In this document: piece by piece, positions 55,298-64,000 of the stretch
Numbering within the stretch: the first letter of the stretch is position 1
Layout: every line of letters begins with the position of its first letter
Assembly: GCA_003344405.1 (NCBI GenBank)
Contig: NOWV01000119.1
Span: 1-64,000 of the forward strand
Direction: 5' to 3'
Length of the DNA: 64,000 bases
Origin: Trichoplax sp. H2
Taxonomy: Eukaryota
Notes under the pieces: model-generated
What the model saw: only the letters and a program-made list of their open reading frames with translations
The model's database searches: none
What the model was told of the DNA's origin: nothing
Translations under genes and position numbers: made by a program

Positions 55298-57634
55298 GAA
55301 TTATTGCAAATATCTAAAATGTTATTTTAGGAAGCTGCATTTACTAATTAAACTTCTTTCATTCAATTCATATTTTCTCACCATTTATACTAGTATAAAC
55401 AAAAGTAATAATTCGTAAGATTTCAACATTTATCAGTATCTTGAGTAACAATACCTTCATCTATTTCCTGGTTTGAATGGAGGCATAATGTATTACATAA
55501 AGAATGTTTTTAATATCTGTTTTTTCCGGTGCTTTATGAAATCAAAGCTTTTATCTTTCAAATCAGCGTCCAATGTTATATATGGTAATGTAAAAACCGG
55601 AACTAGTATGACGTGTCATTGATTCGGCAACTTTCCAAAGAAAGAATAGCGCTCATTTTTGGGATTATTTAATCGTGTTTTTGGGTACTCAACTATAGAA
55701 TGTTGATAAATTCGAATATGCGTAGATAAAGATAACAACCAAAAGATTAGCCAGACACCAGTTTAACAGTAAAATTTCTAGCCTACTCGTCCATAACTAT
55801 CGTAAGAATACGATGTATGCAGAATGGAATGCGCTGCCATCCATTTACGAAGGCTAAATTGTATATCTATTTATCTTACTATCGACGATAAAGTAGCAAA
55901 TTGTACAAGAGTTTTCATAATTTTAAATATTTATTACATTGTTGCAGGGCTCTGATAAGATTCACTTACTGTTATTGGCTCGCAAAATAATATCAATACA
56001 AGTTAAGATGAGCTATTTTCAGAATTAAGTCTGAAATTAGAGTTACAAGTAGTTGCCTTGCTGAAAGAAATAATCTCATTGTGAAAAATTCAATGATATA
56101 TCATCGATACATAAAATATATTCATCGGCAACGATTTGCTCGTAACGTATCATAAATCAGCTACAAAATATCGCTTTCTGGGAGACTTAGCGATATATCT
56201 GAATTTATTATGTAGGTAAACAGATATCGTAGTAATTAATCGTAAATAGTAAGCTAATTCTTTTAAATTTTAAGAAGAAACGTAAGCATTCTGAAAAGAT
56301 TTCTAAATTATCAGCATAACTCTATTCTATGATCAAAAATTAAGTGAATTATATCTTCTTCGTAGGTCATATGAGAATCATTTGGCAATCTAATAATGTA
56401 CATTGTTATGTTTCACAAGAACAATCCAAGAGTTCACACGATAGTTACTTACTTAATTCCTTATTTCTAGCTTAGCAAGTTCTTTATATGCTAACTCATA
56501 AGTCTCTCATAGCACAGAACTCTTCTAAGAACATAATAATTTCCATTTTATGTACACTAAGCAAGAATGTACTGTATTGCAGATTAATTTATGATAACAG
56601 CATAAAACCGCAAGTATGTCAATACTAGATAAGATGATGTCCTTACTTATTATAAGAGTACGTGCTACAGTTGGCTAACAACTATAACATACTATTAACT
56701 ATGTATGCTCACAGAATCGTGAAACATATAATTATAATTTATGACCGAAATCGGACAAAATCGCAATGTATTTATTAAAAATAGCTACTAAATGGAAATA
56801 TCTAAGACATCACCAAATCGAGCCTTAAAAATATTGCATTTTTACCGTCAAATGATGGCTTTTTTGTATGAAGTGATACCTGCTGGTTATAGGCATCATC
56901 AATACCGTTCCAAATTCATAGCTATCAAATCCATTAGCATCGATGACATTGCTTTATCGCATTTATAACTAATATTCGAAAGCTAATAGTTGTTTCATTC
57001 TGAAGTTTCATTTTAACTAGAAATTGATAAATCGTAGCTGCATCTAATATCCTCCTAGAAGTTCCAGTCAACTTACTTTAAATCTGATAGTTAAGGAAGC
57101 AATTGAATGATTTCGCAACTGAACATCACATGGAAATGAAAATTGCAATTTTTTGAAGTAGTATTGATACAGTATTGTTTACTATATAGATTGAATTAGA
57201 TAAATATTATTCCAATCACTAAATAAAAACCGCATAAATCGCAGATTACGATCATCAAGGATTTACTTTTGAGTTATCTATTTATTGAGCCGTTATTAAT
57301 TTACAAAGCAAATTTTTATCGTTATCTCGTAAAACCGATACTATACAGTATTTCAATGGCTATTTTAGCTAACAAGACACTGGAAAGATGAAAAGATAAA
57401 TAAGTAACTGGCTCTTTTAATGTAATATAATATTTTTAAGAATACAGGTAATAATCTCCCTTAAATCTTATTAGTTATCATTGATTACTGTTAACTAAAA
57501 TAATAAAACCTTATTGGTTTAATACACATTTTAAGCTTCTGCCAAATCCAAATAGAATAATGATCTGTTAGTTGCAGGTAAATAATCTTATCTAAACTTA
57601 CATGAATCAATCAAATTATAGCCTAACAAGTCAA

Positions 57635-59886
57635 TTACCATGTAGGCCGGAGGAAAGCACTAGGAACCAGACCAATTATACCATCTTTCAATCCAATCCA
57701 CCAATTTTCGTCTAATTTATGGCCAATTGAAATAATTTCGTTCTTAACAAATGTTAATTCAGTATCATCGCGGCCTGCATGGTCATATTCAGCCTTGTAT
57801 CGATTTTTGGCACCTAATCCTTCTGATGAAAATGTTCCATCTTGATGGAGAGTCGCTAGATTAATGAAATACATAACAATTTCTGCTTTAAATTAATATG
57901 AACCTTTCGAATGGTGTCAACTCATTTTAAATAGTTCTGTACATTTTAGATACACTGAGCTAAATTTTGTGTAAACAGAATTTGATAAATTATTTTACCA
58001 CTTCATATTTAAAACGTGTAAATAGATCTTAGTAAAATGAACTGATTAATGCTATCTTATGACAGATTTAGCTTTAAATTTCAAATTGAGCATAATATAA
58101 ATTTGTTAATTTAAAAATAAATTCTGTCACATATTTATGCTAAATTAACTCATTGGTCGACTTTCGATCCTTTCGAATCTGATAAGTGACCATGTATTGT
58201 TTTTTTCTTATCGTCGAAATTATATTATATCGCTAATTTTATACGCTAATACTTATAAAGATCTCTTCTATACAGGAGATACCAACAATTATTAATTAAA
58301 CACACAAATCAAGAATTCCATTGCAGCCTCTAAATCGAATATGTTACAATTTGAGTTACCTTGGATGTTGCTAGCATTGGAACTTCTTTGGCTGGATCCG
58401 CTATCACGACTTACTAATAGTTATCAGCACATAAATGACACCATCAAATTATGCGTACGTTTTAACGAAGGATATTGCGTTAAATTAAAATTGACTTCAT
58501 TAAATAGCATAAAATTTACGCTTTGTGTTTTTATTTAAAATAAAAAGAGTGAAAAAATATCATTGATTACTAGCTTAAAGAAAAAAATTCGTTAAAAAGA
58601 ATAGTAAGCTATTTGAAAAGTAATACATCGATCCATTATCTACTGACTTTTAACGTAAGAGTTTTCTTAGTAGCTATACTTTAGAATAACAGTAGTTCAA
58701 ATACTGTATTCAAATAGTAATAGTTATGTATTGTCAACTGAATTTTAGCGCAATAACCGTAATGTAGCCAAATATTACTTAGAAACAATTTTCTCAAATA
58801 GGGTGATAGTGATTGGTCTTAACTGACTAAATTTTTGCTTTTATTGATAATTACTGGAGGCCATTATCAGTATAAGTTATTAAAATACAACAATCGATAA
58901 CTGAAGTGATTTTCTCGATCATCTCGTTTCAATCCCTTTTTATATTATAATGATATGTAGTTATCATATATCATACAATGATTGGCTTCTAATAATCAGT
59001 ATATACCGATACGAAAAATTCTAAAGCTTAGTAACCTTCAATCTCAGTCACATATGTGGTGCTGTGGATACTGTTTAACATTGAATTCATAACGAATACT
59101 AAATTAAAGATTTACTTAGAGTATAGCTTTTAAAGATACCGCAGTTAAGCATAGCTCAAAATTTATCCGCTTCCAAAATGTTATTTCCTTTAATTATTGA
59201 ATATTTTTAATGTTTAATAAAGTTAGCATTACAGCTTTTCTTAGCAAGATTGTTTCGCATTTCTAGCAAAGGGGATAGCTACTTTCGATATTTTTAATAC
59301 TTACATTGATTAGTACTGTCAGAAGATGAACATGTAATCGTTGGCTATTATATAATGAATAGAAATACAGATATTAACATAATTGAGTTTATAATTTTTA
59401 AATTGCAGGGTAGCAACATTTTTAGAAGAGATGACGGCTAAAATCACTTTAAATTAGAAGCAATTTTTAATAAACATGCATATAACCTGTTGTTCTTCGT
59501 CATCAATTGAACTATGGTCAGATAAAACATCCTTCAATCTATTGATCAGTTCTAACCGTTTTAAGCTAGCTTGGCCAGCTAGTTGTATATGAAACGGCAA
59601 TGCACAAGAAAGGAATTGAAAAAGATCTATGAAACATGAAGAAATCAGGAAATGATTTGACGCAATAAATGGGGAATCCAATCTGTGCGAAGGTATTTTC
59701 ATCTTTACATAAATTGGTTACAGTAGGATTGAATAGGGCACAGTCATAGCTAAGTTAGTGCACTTAGAATGGCACTACTACTCCGTTTTAACTTCCCATA
59801 ATCCAGGAATATTTATTACCTTCAAGAAGTTTTCTTGTTTGTTGGTTGATCACAGGCTGTTGTGATTCTTGGCTCATGTGGAAAAC
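57635..59886 (-). CDS. Multi-exon gene encoding a protein with a C-terminal SH3 domain (5' end uncertain)
   Basis: Phase-compatible GT-AG exons 59886-59820, 59578-59487, 59344-59305, 59098-59036, 58413-58360, 57855-57635. The last exon encodes the SH3 (YKAEYDH...ELTF...ENWWIG...GLVPSAFL). An in-frame ATG lies at 59877. Confidence 0.7.
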
Positions 59887-62102
59887 CTATTTCCCAACGG
59901 GTACGTTATATCGATAGAAAATAATATAGTGAATATATCACTGCAAATGGTGTGGCATATAATATTAAAAATAATAAGGGTTACCGCTTCTTACCGTACT
60001 TTGCATTAACAACTTCTTCGTTATTCAATTCAAAATGGAAGCAGTGATCCTTACGTCACTAGTAATTTATACTAGTCTATTAATATAGTCATCGTTCTCA
60101 GAGGTAGAAGGTCAATCTTACTTACGAATTTTGTTTATATTTATATGCATTCTACTTTGACCTCCCCCTAGGCAATCTCCGGAATATAATATACTACAAT
60201 GATTATTAATTAAGAAAACAACGACAGCGATCGTAGCCAATATAGCGTACACCTGAAGCTAAGGTGAACTGTTTTGATCGCTATACTCTCGGTTGTCAAC
60301 TAGCAGAGCGATATCAACTTTGTGTAATATTTCCGTCGTTTTGTCTCAAATCCTGTGAGCGTTGTAATAAAGGGACCCAGATATTGAATTAATAGCATTC
60401 TGAACAATGTCAATATAGTATTTATGCCAGTAATTAATACAGTCATATGCAAATCTGTTGTACCATTTAGAAGCAACCACTTCGGGTCACTTAGGACAGC
60501 AAGACAACATCAATCGTTCAAACCGATCGCAAAATATGTCATTGCTCATTTTATATCTTGATAACAGTATTTTTGAAGTCAACAGCTGGGTAGCGAAAAA
60601 TGCCATGATTTAATAATTAGTAGCTTTACTTGGTATCTATGAACATATTAAGTTTTTTGCTATTTCAGTCTCTAGTTCGTCATCGGTAACTAATATCCTA
60701 TAAGTTATAACTGCTTCATTTACAATTGCTATTGGTAACAATATTGCTGATTTAGGCGGCTATATTTTATTTATATAGCTTTAACGCTGCTTCAAGTTCT
60801 CAAGATTCTATTTAAATATTACGTTAGAGAATTCTGTAGAGAGAAGTTTAGGATGCAGAAATAGATAACTATGATTGATATCGCTAATGAAATAAATTAA
60901 TCAAGTCAGAAAATAAAACTAGATGTATAATTTGTAAGGATGCAAAGCTGTACTGTACGATACATAAAAGGCATATCTTTTAGCATGTACGAATCAAACA
61001 TAGCGTATTGTAATATATAAGAATGGAATACAGGAAGGATTTGCACCTACATTACTATCTTTCAAATGGGACGCTATTGCCGCAAAAATATGCTAATTGA
61101 TCTAATTTCATAAAAGCAAAAGTTGTCGGTAAGAAATAGTATCTGCTCCTAGACCAGCAGAATATTCAGCCAAGGCAGAAATTACAAGAATCCAAATTTT
61201 ACTTTAATCATGTTCTCTTAAATAATTTATTGGACATAAACATTGCAGATCCGATAACTATAATTATTGATCGATAAAATATACCATGCAAAACAGGTAT
61301 ATACGTATTCATGATTGTATGGATAGGAAGTTAGAAGATTTATGAGTAATTGCAGTATGGAGACGGTACTAGTATTCCAGAATTAAAAGAATTATTAATC
61401 TAGAAATATGTAAGTAGGTCAATTCTCGTATGACACACTAAAAAAGTTGCAGACATTTAGAGCATAAAATGTTGACTTCATATAGTAACTAAGCCAATGA
61501 GAGTAACCAAGGTAGTAAAACTTGCACTTGCAGTTGATGGAATGGAAACGATTAAATGCGTTCGTTTAGAGTAAAGCACTACTTCCATTCAGAAATGCCG
61601 CAAATAAAATTTATATTTATTCATTAATGCTTGAGTAAACATAAAATTATAAATTTAAATTAGCGACATCTTTTCACTACGACAATTTCCATCGCTCATT
61701 TTTGTTAAACAACATCAGGAAAATTATGAATAGTCAGCTTCCTTTATTATACAGAATATTATAACTTTACAATATCATACAGGTAAAGAAAAAAATAGCT
61801 TATTGTACCGAAGCTATTTTGATCTAGTGTCTAAAATCAACAGTTAATGATAATCATGGTTATCTTCAATACATTGTCACGAAAAATGTATTTAGCTAAT
61901 TACCTGAACGGGTTTCTTACTAACAAAAACTTATACGCCGTGCAGTAATAATAATTATATAATGCAAGAAAATTCTTTAAAAGTTATTTCAATCATAAGT
62001 AAATTTACACAATAATATTTAATAGCTATTCAGTAGAAACATGATCACTAGTTGTTCGTCATACCAAGACTGATCAATGATCGATATTGCAATGGACGAT
62101 TA

Positions 62103-63187
62103 TTACCCTTGCTGTTTTAAGCTTCTTAAAGGCTTATCTAGATGGCGGCAAAGTATTTGTGCCTACAGTAAGATATAAAAACAGTAATGTTAGTAAAACT
62201 TACGTCGTAGATATCACGATTACAACTATATGCAACTGTAAATATTCATAGATGATCTTGTTAAATAATTTAGAAATTTAGACCATAAATTTATAATAAT
62301 AACAATTTCATCAATCTCTTGGTTTAAAAAGGCCTGCATGTCTTAACCTTTGCTTTAATTAAACCCATAGCGGCCGAAGGCTTGGCAAATATGCATAACA
62401 ACATGTTGGCAGCGTTAGAGATGACAACCTGACCATCCTACAGTTATAACCCATTATTTTAATATCAGAAATAAGTTGGACTGATCATAATGCTATCGGG
62501 AAAGATGCATTCGTAGTCATTCTATCATCGTTTAGGCGTAAAACAAATTAAATTAACAATGAAAAATTTTTGTGCTATACCTTTCCATCGATCATAATCA
62601 TGTCTAAGTCATCAGAATACAATACCATTTGACCTAGGTGTACATAGGAGGACCAAATATTTGATGCGATAGCTGCAGAGGAAGTTGAATCTTCATCTGT
62701 ATTTCGATTGGTATAAGCAACTAATGATCCTTCTAATGTCATAAGCCTATAAATAGACAGAATATTAATATGTTTCGTGTTATACAGCAATGCCTAATTC
62801 ATTAACTATACACTATCATTCCTTTTAAACGTGATGGTAATGAACTACCCATGGCTGCAAAAGATTAATATCACAGATTCAAGATTGAAAATCTCAATCA
62901 ATAATCAATTTAAAACTAGATTAAAATGAACTCATGAATCAGTATAGGCATTTGAATATCTTAATCAATACTTCATTTTAAACTTGATGAAATGAATTCA
63001 CAAATCACTATGGCTATCCTATTTCGCCAGAAGTACACATAAGATAAAATAAAAAAGTTGCTGTTGAACAAGACATTTAACCAAGTACAATATTACGCTT
63101 ACTACGTTCTCGTACTTACACAATTCCAACGATATCAGAACTGTGAGCTTCATTCAAAATTTCGTGTAAAACTTTGGTTTTAAGCAT
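62103..63187 (-). CDS. LAMTOR2: Ragulator complex protein LAMTOR2 (p14, roadblock/LC7 fold), 127 aa
   Basis: Exons 63187-63120, 62746-62581, 62437-62348, 62162-62103 total 384 nt. Translation MLKTKVLHEILNEAH...LMTLEGSLVAY...AAIASNIWSSY...ANMLLCIFAK...GLIKAKAQILCRHLDKPL matches family motifs EGSLLAY, AAIASNIW and LLCMYAK. Confidence 0.93.
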
Positions 63188-63354
63188 ACAAGGCGATGAT
63201 ACTTCATTATCATAATCATTCATAGCTGGTAATCAACTCTAAAATTGTGGAATCCAATGAAAAGATGATCCAAATACGATTTCCACCCAAATAATTTATT
63301 AACAGTAAAGGAAAGTTAATGCGGCCTGCAATATCAAGCTTCCCGAACTGTCCA

Positions 63355-64000
63355 ACATACAGTACAGTACACTGTATAGTTGAGAATGCAATGTACTGTA
63401 CACTGTCAAAATTCATTTTTACTTTGTACTGTAGCAATTCTCGTTCTTTAATGAGTAATTACGAAGTACTGTACTGTAGACGTTGTACGAGTATTTTAAT
63501 GACGGATTCATGTAAATCAATTCTTTCTCTATCGACTGATACGAAATCTGTTATAAGATCAAATTTGTAATACAGTATATTTCATTTTCACAAAAATCCA
63601 TAAATATTAGCCCTTCCACCCTTCCACCCTGCACTATACTGCAAACTGTGCAATTCATACAGTACAGTATAGCAGAATGATTCCTTTAATGACTACTGAC
63701 GGTAGTAGGCTGTAATAGTACGTAGCCTATAAAATGGCCAATTTTGTCGAAATAGAGATCGTGTCTTCAACATCAATTTTAATATTATACGTCCAATAAG
63801 GGGTTTGTTTGACTCCGTAACTAATCACTAGAGACCTTCTTCTAAGTGTACATATATAATAATCCTCTATTACTGTAAAAAATTCCAATACATTATTTCG
63901 CCAAAGTTTTGCCAACAATGAGAATTATTGACCGAGCAGCTACTGCACAGTACCCTGTAGTACAGTACAGTACAGTATACAAAGTAGTACACACAGTCCA
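63355..64000. repeat. TACAG/CTGTA-rich tracts upstream of LAMTOR2
   Basis: Clusters at ~63357-63480, 63657-63670 and 63940-64000, e.g. gtacagtacagtacagtatac. Confidence 0.75.

Noticed and set aside
63727..63918. Minus-strand 63-aa ORF upstream of LAMTOR2
   Set aside because: TTG start, no recognisable homology and no supported splice connection.

Overview
AT-rich animal genomic DNA with short introns. The compact gene structure and clustered intronless orphan GPCRs are consistent with a placozoan such as Trichoplax, which is an inference and not proven here. Two conserved housekeeping genes bracket the window: ecdysoneless/ECD (17 coding exons, + strand, 1497-6133) and LAMTOR2/p14 (4 exons, - strand, 62103-63187). 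Each has dense TACAG/CTGTA palindromic tracts upstream. Between them is a ~47-kb tandem array of nine single-exon class A GPCR loci: six intact, one broken by a single-base frameshift, one 3'-truncated duplicate and one decayed pseudogene that contains a perfect 27-bp inverted repeat. A multi-exon gene ending in an SH3 domain follows the array. The spacers carry many small mobile-element relics: a solo-LTR family (two copies with perfect 5-bp TSDs and a hairpin with a compensatory change), other LTRs, a deleted Gypsy element with apparent Gmr1-type PR-INT-(RT)-RH order, two Helitron 3' ends and an 83-bp TIR element with a 5-bp TSD. Three N-gaps are flanked by near-identical duplicates that each differ by a structural variant and are probably two haplotypes assembled in tandem.
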